DNA of 64,000 bases, taken from the NCBI RefSeq assembly GCF_001194135.2, contig NC_068984.1, positions 41,635,094-41,699,093 of the forward strand, in the 5' to 3' direction. Source of the stretch: Octopus bimaculoides (Eukaryota). A program made the position numbers and the translations under genes. Shown here piece after piece: positions 12,770 to 25,909 of this stretch. How positions within the stretch are numbered: position 1 is the first letter of the stretch; every line of letters begins with the position of its first letter. Below the pieces are notes generated by a model. The model did not search any database and had not been told where the DNA came from. It saw only the letters and a program-made list of their open reading frames with translations.

Positions 12770-15700
12770 AGGCAGCCAAACCGAAGGTGTGTTTTAGCTC
12801 GCTCTGACCAGTGAGTAGCTATTGTAACAGAATACATATGAACCCAACTCTCCAATTTTCAACTGAAAACTCAAATGAAAATTCTTCCTTCTCAAAAACA
12901 ACAAAGCCTTAATTCTAGTGAAAACTACATCTTTGTACTGTGAGCACATATTACGAAAGATATAATATGATAACAGTAATAATAATTATTCGTAAGTACA
13001 CAGTATTCCTATTAACAAACACACACACTATTTCACATTATCTCAACATTATAACATATACGAGTATCATTGTTTACTACCATTCAGTACATCACAGAAG
13101 TTAATATTTTGAATATTTTGTTTATTTCTATCCTTATTTGGTATTATTATCTATACTTATTACCTATATTTACTGTTATTATCTATATTTTTTGTTGCAC
13201 AAACAACTTTGTTAAGTGACCAACAATGAACCGAAGACACTGAAAATCAATCATAAGTAGTTAACAACAATATCAACATCAGCAGTAACAAAAAAAAAAA
13301 AAAAATGCCAACATAATGCGTCTTTAAAAATCGCAACTGGTCAGATATTGAAGTGGATACTCTCATTAACTCCTGGTTCATTCTCTTTCAAACTGATAAT
13401 ATATATGCTTCAGACTTCAATCTCATTGCTAAAAGAGTTGCTCATCTCTTCAATAACCGAAATGAGGGACAAATAGGGAATAAACTGAAGCATATCTCTA
13501 CTTCATATCTCACCATGAGTAACCACATGGATAAACTAGCTTGAATTTTTTTATCCACCACAGCCCATGATGAGCAACAACTACAACAATCACATCAGCA
13601 GCTAAAAGAACAAAAAAAGGATCATGGCTACCTTACCACAATAGACTCACTACCATCATCATCACTATTTCCATCTTCTACTGCTACTCTTCCCCCTTCC
13701 CCCCCTTCTTCATCTTCTCCTTCTCCCCCTCCTACTGCTACTACTTTTAGTGGCCAAAGTCAAACATTCCATTCTACCTCTGCCAGTGGCTAATCCCAAC
13801 CACTCCTACTTCCTCCCTATGCCGCCACCACAGCTCCACTAACAAACTCAAGCACCATTACTACTAATACTATCTCGGCCAGTGTACAAAATCAACCACT
13901 GCTCTTTTCCCCCTCTCCAGTCCCCACTACTCTATTACCATTACAGTCAAACAATTCTAAATCTCAAACTATTTGTAATCCACTCCCTTCTACAACAATC
14001 ACAAGTTCAAATGACAATCCAAAAATATGCAGTCACTCCCGTCACTCCCTACACGAAAGGCTGTGTACAAATCGTGACTGTAATTTCACTCATCTTCCAG
14101 GAACAAGATGCTCAAGCAATAGAAACTATCCCCACAATTTCCTTTCTACTACTGCAACACCACCAAAATCAAGAAATCGTAACCCTAAAATCTGCCGTTA
14201 CTCCCAGTGTGAGAGAGTATGTTTACAGCAAGATTGTAATTTTACCCATCTCCCTGGGACTTGACGTACCATGAAAAACAATACTCCCAGCCATCACCAA
14301 TCTAGGTTACAAACACACTCCCAATGTGAACACACACAAAAGTAAAAACAAAAACAAAACTAATGGTACGAATTTCCTCAACAGCTCAGGAAACTGGAGA
14401 ACATCCATTTAAAGCAGTAGAAGCAACCAACATAACTGTGAATGTAAACACAACTCCAGCCATGAAGTTCTCCTTAACCAGGTTAATTCTTTTCTTCTAT
14501 CCATGCGGAACCTAACCAAAGAGATCCAGAAGAGTATCTTGGCTGTCACACAGAACCAACCTCTGCTGCTACCTCAGTGCAAAACCTATCCTCCTCACTA
14601 TCATTAATCCATAAATCTCTACTGAGGCCTCTAAAATAGTTTAACCAGGTCACTACCGCAGTCTCAACATTCTTACTCAATGTACAAGGCATCTGCACAC
14701 CCTTCCATGCAAAAAGATGGAAGATCCAATTCATTGAGGACTAGTTACCGACCATACTCATCACATTCCTTTCTTCATCCTTACTGAAACCCACCTTGAC
14801 AACTTCCACTTGGAAGCTAAAGTAAAAGTAAGGAATTTCACCACAATCTGAGCAAACCGCATCAGTAGAAGAAAGGGAGGGGTTGCCATTTTCCGACATG
14901 ACTCATTTACTGCAGAAACAAATGTCTCAATTTCCACTGGCTATTGTGAATCAGTATCTGTATACAACAAAATGAATGATTTAGCAATAATTGGGCTCTA
15001 CAGGCCACCTCATGCACCACTATTGTGCTTCAAGGACTGCCTCACGAATATCAAGTCTTTCATTCAACAATGTCATCTTGATAATATTTTAATGATGGAT
15101 GACTTCGATTTCCCGTGTTAACTGGTCTACTCATACCCTGAAAACTGGTGTGTGCATTTCCACTTCAGACAAAGCCGCAGTGGAATCACTATTTCAACTC
15201 ATGGATGAATTTTTCCTGTCCCAACTCATGCGCGTGCCAACGAGATTCAACAAAAACATTCTGGACTTAATGCTAAGCAACCACACAAACAATATCCACG
15301 ATATTACAGTGGAAAAAACTCTTCTTTCCGACCACAATATGGTTCTCTGTTGCCTAAGATTCTGGCAGCCAATTGTGTATCCGAGCGATCTCAATCCCTC
15401 ACACCCCTTCAATCTCATGGATCTTCACAATGCTAACTGGTTTGCAATCAACCATGAGCTCTCACTCATTGATTGGTCTTTCACAGACTCCTTCACTCCA
15501 AGAAGCATTGATTCATCATGGCAGCTATTTATGGACATTGTCACAAACATATGTCTACACAACACCCCATTACAGTCCATGAACAAGACAAAATACGGAC
15601 TAACACCTCTCAGAAAATCACTCATATGAAAGATAAAGAGAACGAATAAAAAAATCAACTAAAATATTGCCAGCTGCAACACTTCCACATGGTGGATATA

Positions 15701-17730
15701 GACTTGCTAGAATCAAGGAAATACCATCTCCAAAACTGAAAAATGTTATTGACCATCAAAGAAAAGCAGAAGAGAAATGGGCCATTGATAAAATAAAAGC
15801 CAACCCGAAAGTGTTCTTCTCATTCGCTAAAAAGCATTAGGTTGCATATTGGACCTCTCATTGATGAAAACAACACACTGCAAAATGGTACAGAGTTCAT
15901 GCTTGAGATTCTGCAGAAGCAATACTGCTCTACTTTTAGCAATCCAGATATGATTAATCTGAACAGCATTGACGAATCAAACACTGAGCACACCCTGTGT
16001 GATATATCATTTGGTGTCCCAGATATCATAGCAGCTATAAGTAAAATTACAAACAACTCAGCTGCAGCTCCTGGCAGATTCCCTGCTAAAGTCCTGAAGG
16101 AATGCCATCACCACCTCGCATTCTCTGTAGCCGTTCTCTGGAGGAAATTGCTAGATTCTGGCTATAGTCCTGATAGTTTCCCTTCTCAGTCAATCGTTCC
16201 AGTCTTCAAAAAGGGCAGCAAGTCCCAGGCAGTGAATTACTGACCTATCTCCCTTACTTCTCATCTTATCAAATTATTTGAGAGAATGGTGCGAAAGCAA
16301 CAACCTGTTGGTTCCCAACCAGCATGGTTTCTGCAATGGCAAGGACTGCCTTAGACTGCTCCTGCATCATTTCAACAATATCCTAAAGGCCTTAGGTGAG
16401 GGATCCAATGCAGATGTCATATATCTTGACTCCAGCAAGGCCTTTGACAAGGTTGACCACAGCATCTTGTTAAACAAATTCTCCAACATTGGAGTGCAAG
16501 GGAAGCTTCTAAAGTGGTTTAAATCCTTTCTCTTGAACAGAATGCAACATGTGATGATCAATGGTGTTCGATCAAGCACAGTAAAAGCACAGTGGTGTCC
16601 CACAAGGCACTGTGTTAGACCCACTTTTGTTCCTTATCTAAATAAATGACATCATTTTTCAAACAGTTTTGGAGATGGTATTCCCTTGATTCTAGCAAGT
16701 CTATATATGATGTCATTTTTATATTACTGTATTTAGATACAGTAATATAAAAATTTTTGCAGATGACTGTAAGCTTTTAAAGGTTGTTGACAGGATGGGA
16801 GACCAGACAAATCTTCAATTGGACCTAATTGCTGTTATCCAATGGGCACAGAAACATAACATGTAAGAATAAGTTTGAGTTAATCCACTTTGGCAAAGAG
16901 GCTGCACTTAAACAACCATATATTCTTCCTTCAGGCGAACACCTCACAGCATCAAACACCACTAGGGACCTCAGTGTGACTGTCGACGATAACTGAAGTT
17001 GGAGTGTCCACATAAACAAGAAAGTCAACATGGAACGCAGGGCGTGCTCCTGGATCCCCAGGACTTCAGTCTAGAGATGCTCCAACCATTATCCTTCTTT
17101 CTTCTACCTTCACTTGTCCTCACCTTGAATACTGTTGTCCGCTGTGGTCTCCCTACATGAGGCAGAATATTAAAAATCTTGAAGCACCTCAGAGATCAAT
17201 TACAAAAAAAAAATTGATGGCATGTCTGGTCTTAATTACTGGGATCGACTCACGAATCTCAAACTGTATTCTCTCCAGTGCCGCCAAGAGCGTTATATTA
17301 TTTGTATGATGTGGAAATTGTTCTGACAGTATTGCCCAAATGATATCAGTATCACTTTCAAAATCCACCCAAGGCTTGGTCCCCATGCCATGCATCCTCT
17401 ACAGAAAACTTTTCTCTCAGTACATCACAACACTAAGACAGAACTACTTCTCCTCAACTTGACCTACTCTTTTTAACATCATTCCAAAACATATAAAGGA
17501 GGAAAAAGATTTCATAACCTTCAAAAACTTCCTGAATGAATATCTCCAACAAATTCCAGACAAACCACCTACACCCGGATATACTGCTGCAAACAACAAC
17601 TCTTTAATCAAATGGGCAATGGTGCCTAAAAGTAATTATACAAAAATACATTACTAAATGTTGTTTCCAGGTGGTGCTATTAAGTTAGCTATGGCCTGGG
17701 CCAATGCGGCCGAAACCTATCTAAGTTTAA
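12770..17730 (+). mobile_element. Near full-length, decayed CR1-group LINE (ORF1 relic, APE endonuclease, RT)
   Basis: APE: LLNVQG, ILTETHL, RKGGVAI, YRPP, DDFDFP, SDHN. RT: PVFKKGSK..NY*PISLTS, NQHGF, YLDSSKAFDKVDH, VPQG, KIFADD. ORF1 has C-x3-C-x3-H (LCTNRDCNFTHLPGT). The 5' boundary is approximate. Confidence 0.85.
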
Positions 17731-18586
17731 GTATTAGATCACTAGTGCTGTTACTTGTATCCTTTGCAGGAGGAAATTTATCCTATCTCTTGGATAGAAT
17801 CCTATCCAGGAGGAAATTTATCTCTCAACCCTTGAAGCCATAAATCTAGAGCTAAACATCAGCTCTGTGAGTCCATTCAGGCTTGGGAGATATTTAACCA
17901 TATCGTATCATCTTGTGTCTAAAGTTAATGTTAAATGCTATTTATTTAAATTGATTCTTTCTAGTAAAATGTGCTGGGCTAGCTCTTTTCTATACTGTCA
18001 TAAATATAGATACTCTATCTTGCTATTTATTTGCTTGTCTGTTTCATTTTTATTATAGCAGTTTGATTTTTAGCAATTTCTTTCATAGCATGTTCGACCT
18101 TCCTCATTATCCTGTTTCTGGAACTTAGTAGCCATGCTGCTTGGTTGTTTGTGGTGCACCCTCTCACCCCACCCCACCACATATACTGGAATTTTTTCTC
18201 TTGGTACCTTTCCTATACGGAAACTTGTATGGAATACTCTCTTCCACCCCTTCCCTCTTTGACATCATCCCACTAGCAATGACAGTACCAGAATATAAAT
18301 AAAGTGTAGCTAGCTTGCTCACTGCTGAAGTGTGGTAAGTGTATTTGCCAGTTAATTATCAGCACTATTTTATCTTTTTATAAACAATGGTTTATACCAC
18401 ACTCTCTTTCCATGGTAGAGTGTGGTAGACACAGCAAGAGTGAAGCAAATAAGTGACAGTAAATTAAATTCAAGTTGAAATTTATATGAAACTTAAGTGA
18501 ACTATGGAAGCTAATAGGTCTTCTATTATTTAACAAGTTATATTACAAACAAATTGTTAAATAACCTACATGAGCTTCGAAACCCT

Positions 18587-18851
18587 TGTCACCAGACATT
18601 GTAATGTAGTTTGTTACATACAATGAATAAGATAACCAGACAAAAGTAAAAACAATGTAACGAACTAACAAATCTCTTTATGAACCAACAATCAATATTC
18701 CTTGTGAATTAACCAATGGACACCTTCTGACTTCACTGCGAACTAACACGAACTTCACTTGACTCCGAACTCTGAACTCACTTGGATCATTACTATTTAT
18801 AGTTTACTTGGACCAGTCTATCTCTCGCAAGGTGTTGTAACTCTCATCACA
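18587..18851 (-). mobile_element. Possible LTR (TG..CA, 18851-18600) followed by a PBS-like TGGTGAC
   Basis: Minus strand begins TGTGA, contains TATAAAT, ends CATTACA, then ATGTCTGGTGACAAG; no partner LTR in the window. Confidence 0.4.
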
Positions 18852-18935
18852 GCACTTATAAATGCAATAACTTTCTCAGGTGAAGAATGCACCCCTCAAT
18901 ACAGGTTAGTTGTTAGTGACTTCAGGCTCAAGGCT

Positions 18936-19110
18936 GAAGTGTTTTTTTCATGTTGGAGAACAGATTATAGTCAGATGGGGCCAAATCAGGTGAATAAGGA
19001 GGGTGATCAACCACTTCAAAGCCACAGTCATACACAACGGCCATTAAAAGCAAGGACTTGTGTGTGGAAGCATTGTCCTAATGAAACAAGATCACTTTCA
19101 TCAGTTTTCT
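18936..19110 (-). mobile_element. Mariner transposase C-terminal fragment
   Basis: DNASTHKS..CGFEVVDHPPYSPDLAPSDYNLFSNMKK. Confidence 0.85.
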
Positions 19111-20244
19111 CAGGCATTTGGTTTTGATAGCCTTTCATAATTGCCTCGGCAAGTTGGCATGTATGTGCCATTGTATGTTTCAGTATTATTTTTGTTGTAT
19201 ATATTTGTGATGTGAAGATACGAGCTTATTGGATAGTGGTCCTTGTTTCTATATGTTCTTTCTTTTATAAGCAAGAATGTTTGAAAGGTGTCATATAATT
19301 TTTATTTGAAGTAGTTAGAAAGATTTCAAGCAGAAATAAGTTTGTCTTTTTAATCAGACTAATAAAGTAAGTTGACTTGAAAGTTCTCAAGGTCCTTTAT
19401 TTGAGTCAGGTACTTACATGGTTTGAAATCAGCTTCATCTGCAAGTGTGTTAGTAGCTGTATTCTCAAAGAATTGTGCCTTTCAGCTCATTTGCTCGATC
19501 ATCTTTTCCACCTTCTTAATAGGACTTCCTCGATGATATCTTCATGTGTTGCAGTGAATATAGTAGTTGTCCTTCTACTTTTGGCTGTTCTTCATCCATA
19601 GATAGAGTTCAGCAAGATTTGGAACAGTTATACAGATAGGTGTACAAACAAAAGAAAGTACTCTTCATGTTGTGAATATTAAATATCTATATTAACAAAC
19701 TGACTCAAATCTTAAAATACACAATTAACATGTCTGATCATTTGGATGCTTTAATACTGGGTGACAAGGTAGTCACTGTGTCTAAATAAGGGTGATTGTC
19801 ATTGGATAAGTAAGGCTAGTTTTAGGTTACATAGTGAAATTGATAACTTTGATGAATGGAATAGCAATTTTTGTTTTTATTAGAACAAACCTTTTTTATC
19901 CAATGACACTCATTGTTATTTAGAAACCCTACTCTTTCATCTTTTATCATTCACATGTGAATGATTAGTTGTGCTTTTGCACATGCAGAAATTTTTGAAA
20001 TGGAAACAGGAGTCAAACTTTTGAAACAAATATGTAATCTCAAAGATATATGCTGAGTGCACTTTCTTTTCATTTGTAACAAGTGCATATGCATGTGCTT
20101 GTGCATATGCATATTTATATATATTACTTTTATGCACACCCACACATTAAAATATATAGACATGCTTATCTATGCTAAACAGTATAAATTAACGCATGGA
20201 AAGACAGAACATCTACTAAAAAAAATCTATATTTATAATTTCAG

Positions 20245-20394
20245 GAAATGATAAAACAGGTGATCTGATTGGAAAATTTTGTTTAAATAACACAAATAAA
20301 GTGATTGTATCTTCAAGTCATTCCTTATTTCTACAATATGTCACTCAGAATTTGAACTCCAACGATAGACTGTCTTTCAACTACACAATAAAAG
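20245..20394 (+). CDS. CUBN: Cubilin exon, CUB19 second half (GNDKTGDLIGKFCLNNT..LSFNYTIK)
   Basis: aatttcag|, G|gtattt; 150 nt; phase 1 to 1; missed by the ORF track. Confidence 0.88.
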
Positions 20395-20899
20395 GTATTT
20401 TTTTTTTTATTGTATTGATTACAAAGCTTTTCTGTATTAACACTTCTTTGCATTTTCAATTTTAACTTTTTTTTCTAATCACAAAATTGGCAAATACTCA
20501 CCTATCAACTGGTTCCACTTTTTGCCTATCTTATTTTATCACTACAATGGCCTCTATTTTTCTTAGTAGCTAGCTACATGCCAACAGTCATCTCCTTTCA
20601 CCACTCACCTCTGATCATGCACCAACCATTAAAATGAATCAGTCTTATGCCATCGACCCTCTGTAATACAATCATGTTTTTCCTGCAAATGCCATTGTAA
20701 ATGTTCACAATTGACTTTAGCCCCATGTCAATCATATTAGCCTTAGAGAGCCTCTGAATTCAAAACAAAGTCGGACAATAATAAAAACACTCTAAGGTAC
20801 TTTAATGATTTATTGTTTCAGCCGTCTCACTTTTTATCAATCACAGAGTGTCATAGCACAATTGATTCTTGACATGATAGATCTAGATGTGATGTAGTT

Positions 20900-22215
20900 T
20901 CATTTTATGCTGGAAGAGATACCATTGGTGTAATCTTCCTAGTGAAGCAACTGCAGGAGAATTACTTGGCTAAGAGTATACCTTTATTCCTGGTCTTTGT
21001 TGTTCTGGAGAAGGCATTTGACAGGGTAACAAATACTGTAACATAGTTGTCTTGGAGGAAACTAGGCATTGATGAATGGCTTGTGAGAGCTGTACAAGCC
21101 ATGTACTAAGCCACAATAAGTAAAGTCAGTCAACAACAACTTCAGTGAAAAATTTAGCATGAAGATTAGAGTCCATGAAGGTCCTGTACTCAGTTCCCTC
21201 TTATTGATCATAGTCCAACTGGTCTTCACTGAGGAGTTTAAAACTGGCTGTCCATGGGAACTCCAATATGCTGATGATCTAGTTCTCATAGCTGAATTTA
21301 TAGAGGAATTAGAGAGGAAATTTCAGGCATGGAAGCTAAACCTAGAATAAAAATGTCTTAAGGTAAACTTAGAAAAGACAGTGGTTTTAGTAAGTAAGAC
21401 AGTACCCTGAAACCTTCTGGGAAATGGCCTTGTTCAATATGTAGAAAATGGGTAAGTATAAACTCCATCTGCTGTATGTAATGTACACTATGGACACACA
21501 ACAGATGTAACAGAATCATAGGCAGACTATCAGAGAACATAAACTTCATGTGTAATAGATGACTTAGAGCAGTATTTTCTATGAACACACTGGAAATAAA
21601 CCCCCATGAATGTCTGGATGTCTCACTAGAAGTAGCCGATAGCTTTTTTTCTACCTAGATGTCATCAGCAAAAGAAGTGTTGTTTTTGAAAGTATAGTAA
21701 CCAAAGTAAGAATGAGTTGGAGAATGTTCAGAAAGCAACTACTGCTGCTGGCAACAAAGTCTTTTTCCTATTGAGTGAAAGACAGATTGTATAATGCTTG
21801 AGTTAGAACTGCCATACTGCATGGTAGTGAGACATGGACTTTGAATGTAGAGGACATGAAAAGACTGGAAAGAAATGGAGTGAGCATGCTCTGTTGAATG
21901 TGAAATGTAAGTGTGCATGGACAATATAGTATAAATTTGCTGCGAGGAAAACTGGGCATAAGAGGAAATGGATATACCATGCAAGAAGGAAGATTGTGCT
22001 GGTATCAACGTGATGCTTATGGATAAGGAGAGCTGTGTGAAGAAGTGCTAATCATTAAATGTGGTTGGAACCTGTGGTTGAGGGAGACCCAGGAAGATAT
22101 GGTGCAAAATGGTGAAGGCTAACCTCAAGATCCTGAGCCTTACAGAAGAAAGAGCAAGATTCTGGGATGGCTGGCAATATGTAGCTCTCATGAAGACCCA
22201 CCTGTTGCAGTAAAA
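20900..22215 (+). mobile_element. RTE-clade LINE RT to C-terminal fragment, decayed
   Basis: LEKAFDR, EGPVLSSLL, CPWELQYADDLVL, C-x2-C motifs. Confidence 0.85.
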
Positions 22216-23386
22216 CTAACTTTTGAAAGCACTTGAGGAAGATCTTGTATAAGGGGTGTAATTCCTATTATATACTATGCAGTTTTGAAAGGTTCTTATG
22301 AAGAGCTTTCAGAATATTATTTGGTTTGATTTAATTATTACAACATATGTGTATGTTTGTGTGCACAAGTAGGCACCTCACTCAATCGATCTCTTCTTCA
22401 TATTGCTGCCCCCCCCCACTATCTCTCACACTACAGTTTTTCCCCTTCTTCTGACACCACTTTTCATTCTTGCTATCCAGAACTATTTTTCTTGTAGCCA
22501 TTCTTCATCCATTTATATTGTTCTTTACAACCACTTTATATTGGTCATCTTGTACCCTCACTTGATCACCAATTTATCTCTCCTCATGCACTATGCCTCT
22601 CTCTCTCTGTCTCTCTCTCTGTCTCTCTCTCTCTCTCCCTAAAGTCACTTACTGAAACAATTGTTTAATTTACTGAGGAACCACCTAGCTTATGTTAGCA
22701 AGGTGAAAAAAAAAAACTTAAACAGCTTTATCAAGTGGATTAATTTACTGAGATATAGATTTTTATAATTTGTTTTTAAATAGTATTGAGTGAAGAGGAA
22801 GGACAGTATACAGAAACTGTTTTAATGTAATTGAAAACTAGGAAAAGAGAAAAACAATAGCCTCAGTCCCAAGTTCTAGTCTGAATATTTGCAAAAAGTG
22901 AACTATACTTAAAGGTACCTAAAGATCCAGTAATGATGATAAACTGAGAGGTGGATTGTTTTATTGATTTAGAGGGAATTATACTGTAGAGTATTTATTT
23001 TAAAGAACATATATGAGGTAAAATGTTTATAACTGAGAAACAAAAACAAATCAGAATGCATTTTATGTGAGCTTATTTATGACACTTGGTTTTCTTTTTC
23101 AAGGTTTATAGACAAAACATCTGAAGATTTATAAAACTGGGATGAGTAAGCCAGCAATATGAGCATTAATGTGTTAACTGACCTAGTATTAACTGGAAAT
23201 TAGGACTGACTCACAAATTTGGTTGAACAAGAGTTTTCTCTTTTGCTTTTTGAAGATCTCTACTAATCATTGCCTCATTCACATCTATTATCTCAGAAAT
23301 TAATATTAATTTGTTTCAAAAGTTTGATTCATATCCACTGATAGAAACAAATTATTCAAATATTCAAAATCATCTAACCCATTCTA

Positions 23387-23598
23387 CAGGGTGTCCACAA
23401 GGTCTGGGTACATGGAGTAAATAAAATGATAACATAAACAATTAAATATAAGAAATAATAATTTCTTAAAGTATGTGTTAATCCCCATGTGGGTACATGG
23501 AGTAAATAAAATCATAACATAAACAATTAAATATAAGGAATAATAATTTCTTAAAGTATGTGGTAATCCCCATGTACCCAGACTTTGTGGACACCATG
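23387..23598. mobile_element. Tc1/mariner-type MITE with an internally duplicated 85-bp core
   Basis: TA|CAGGGTGTCCACAAGGTCTGGGTACATGG .. CCATGTACCCAGACTTTGTGGACACCATG|TA; repeats at 23406-23490 and 23491-23575. Confidence 0.9.
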
Positions 23599-23705
23599 TA
23601 GAATGGAAAATTAAATGTTAAACGTTTAATAGTAAATATATATAAATATGAATTTGTATTCCTATAAAATAGGTATTATGAAACTATGATCTTTTTGTAT
23701 TTCAG

Positions 23706-23827
23706 AATGTGGCGGCATATTAACTAATGGAATAGGTATGATTTCAAGTCCTAATTATCCTAGCTCCTATCCAGCAAATATTAGCTGTATGTGGAAAATT
23801 ATTGGTGATGAAGGGCTGAAAATTAAT
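23706..23827 (+). CDS. CUBN: Cubilin exon, CUB20 first part (ECGGILTNGIGMISSPNYPSSYPANISCMWKIIGDEGLKIN)
   Basis: tatttcag|, |gtaagt; 122 nt; phase 1 to 0. Confidence 0.92.
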
Positions 23828-24431
23828 GTAAGTAAACTATCCATCAAATTATGAATATAGCTTTTAATATGATATTGCTAAGAGTTGGAGGCAGGAGATA
23901 CTTTGATTTATATTGATTTGAGAATTACAACCAAAATATGAAAGCACAGTGGTTAAGCTTTATCTTTCTTAACAGGAAATTTGTTAGAGTTAGATGATAT
24001 TCACCTTACTGCTGTTGCTTAATAAGCAACATATTGTGGTAAATGCATCATACAAAAGCAAATTATGGTCTGAATCAAAAGGTAAGACTGACAAAAATAT
24101 ATCAATGGTTATTTTTATATTTGTCAGGAACTTTGTAATAGTAAAATTAGTTGTTGAAATGATGATAAAAACTGCAGGTATATTTGATAATAATATGATT
24201 TTAAAACTTAGAAATAAAGTAAGTTGTAAAATAGAAATCTCATCATTTTGCAGTTTGGGATTTATAATAATTCATTTAATGATGTCTTTGAAAATCAGTG
24301 AAAAGATTGTTAAAACCATTTAAAAACATGATTGTTAAAACCATTTAAATTAGAAATCTAACTCTTTTTAAAAATAAGAAATCTATTTTCAGTAGTTGTA
24401 TCTTACTAAATTAAATAAATATCTTTAACCC

Positions 24432-24823
24432 TTTCGAGTACCAGTGGAATCTTCCAGTGAAAACCTCAATAAAATGTAATAGACCTGATATAGTGATTTG
24501 TGATGGAGAAGAGAAACTGTACAGTTGTGGAAATCAGCTGCCCAACTGGCGTTAGCATAAAACTAAAGATCAGCAGAAAAGAAAATATCTACGCTGAACT
24601 ATTGAGGAATCTACAGCTACTCTATTCAGATTACAGCTTCAGGTTTATACCTGTAATTATTGGGGCACAGGAATATGTAACACACTGCCTAAATACCAAC
24701 TTAGAGAAATTAGGCTTCTCAAAACCAGAAAGGAGTCTGATTCAAAGACTACAAATCCATGCCATCTCTGTAACTGTAAAAATCTGTAAAACTTTCCAGA
24801 AGCTTATCAGTAAGTATATATGA
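24432..24823 (+). mobile_element. 3' fragment of an R4/Dong-like non-LTR retrotransposon (restriction-like endonuclease domain)
   Basis: WNLPVKT..NRPDIVI..VVEISCP..KENIYAEL..FIPVIIGA. Confidence 0.7.
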
Positions 24824-24938
24824 GCATGTCTAGATATGCAAGTATATGCATGAGAATACATGCATAAAACAAAACATACAAATCTGTGCATATACATACA
24901 TGCATGCATGCACGCATGCACTCACGCACGCACACACT

Positions 24939-25166
24939 GCGAGCTGGGAAAAACGTTAGCACACCGGGCGAAATGCTTAGCGGTATTTTGTCTGCCGCTA
25001 CGTTCTGAGTTCAAATTCCGCTGAGGTCGATTTTGCCTTTCATCCTTTCGGGGTCGATTAAATAAGTACCAGTTATGCACTGGGGTCGATATAATTGACT
25101 TAATCCGTTTGTCTGTCCTTGTTTGTCCCCTCTGTGTGTAGCCCCTTGTGGGTAGTAAAGAAATAA
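24939..25166 (+). mobile_element. SINE family B copy (tRNA-like head, central GCCTTTCATCCTTTCGGGGTCGAT..AAGTACCAG block)
   Basis: Box B GAGTTCAAATTCC; at least 7 copies in the window. Confidence 0.85.
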
Positions 25167-25548
25167 CACACACACTCACACATACATACATAACCTTGTT
25201 GATGTTGAAATTCCAATGAAGGAGTCTTCCTTTCTATTGGCAAGAAATCTTGAAATAGAACTGAATAATGACATACATACAGAGGGAGAGAAAGAATGGG
25301 GAGTTGTGAAGCAAAGTGGAAGCCATATTACTGCCGAACACATTTCACAAAAATTATAATAATGATTCAATTTGAATCATAGTTATTGGCTGAAGAAGCA
25401 GTATCTGAATGGTAAATCCCCTTCTTCAGGAATATTCAAGAAATTTTGAATTTTTGGATTTTTCATATATTTAGTTATGTTTCTTATTGAGTATTACATT
25501 AACTGCATAATTTGTCTTTAACTCTAATAATTTATTTTGTTATTACAG

Positions 25549-25774
25549 CTAACTATGATGCATGTTGATATTGAAGATAGTACTAACTGCACAAAAGATT
25601 ATATTGATATTCTAAATGGTGAGCATCACACTTCTCCTTCACTTGGTAAAATCTGTGGTATGGTGACAACAAGAACTCTTCGAACTGGAAGCAATGCTGC
25701 TATCATTCTCTTTAAATCTGATAGCTTTACCAGTGGAGTGGGCTTTCAAATACGCTATCAAATAGAAAACGATG
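25549..25774 (+). CDS. CUBN: Cubilin exon, CUB20 second part (LTMMHVDIEDSTNCTKDYIDILNG..FKSDSFTSGVGFQIRYQIEND)
   Basis: tattacag|, G|gtaagc; 226 nt; phase 0 to 1. Confidence 0.92.
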
Positions 25775-25909
25775 GTAAGCTTAACTTTGAATGAAATATT
25801 TGTAATTTCTAAAATTTACTGCACATTTTAAATTTGGTAGTCAGATAAAGCAAAAAGACAAACTGTAATTATTTTGATTGAATTACGTTGCTGCTTTTTA
25901 TTTATTAAA

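Noticed and set aside
17692-17725. GGCC..GGCC-GAAAC hairpin as a hammerhead
   Set aside because: No upstream CUGANGA core; better explained as the CR1 3'-terminal stem-loop
19130-19600. Possible further minus-strand LINE relic
   Set aside because: Only vague resemblance to RT motifs; too decayed to call
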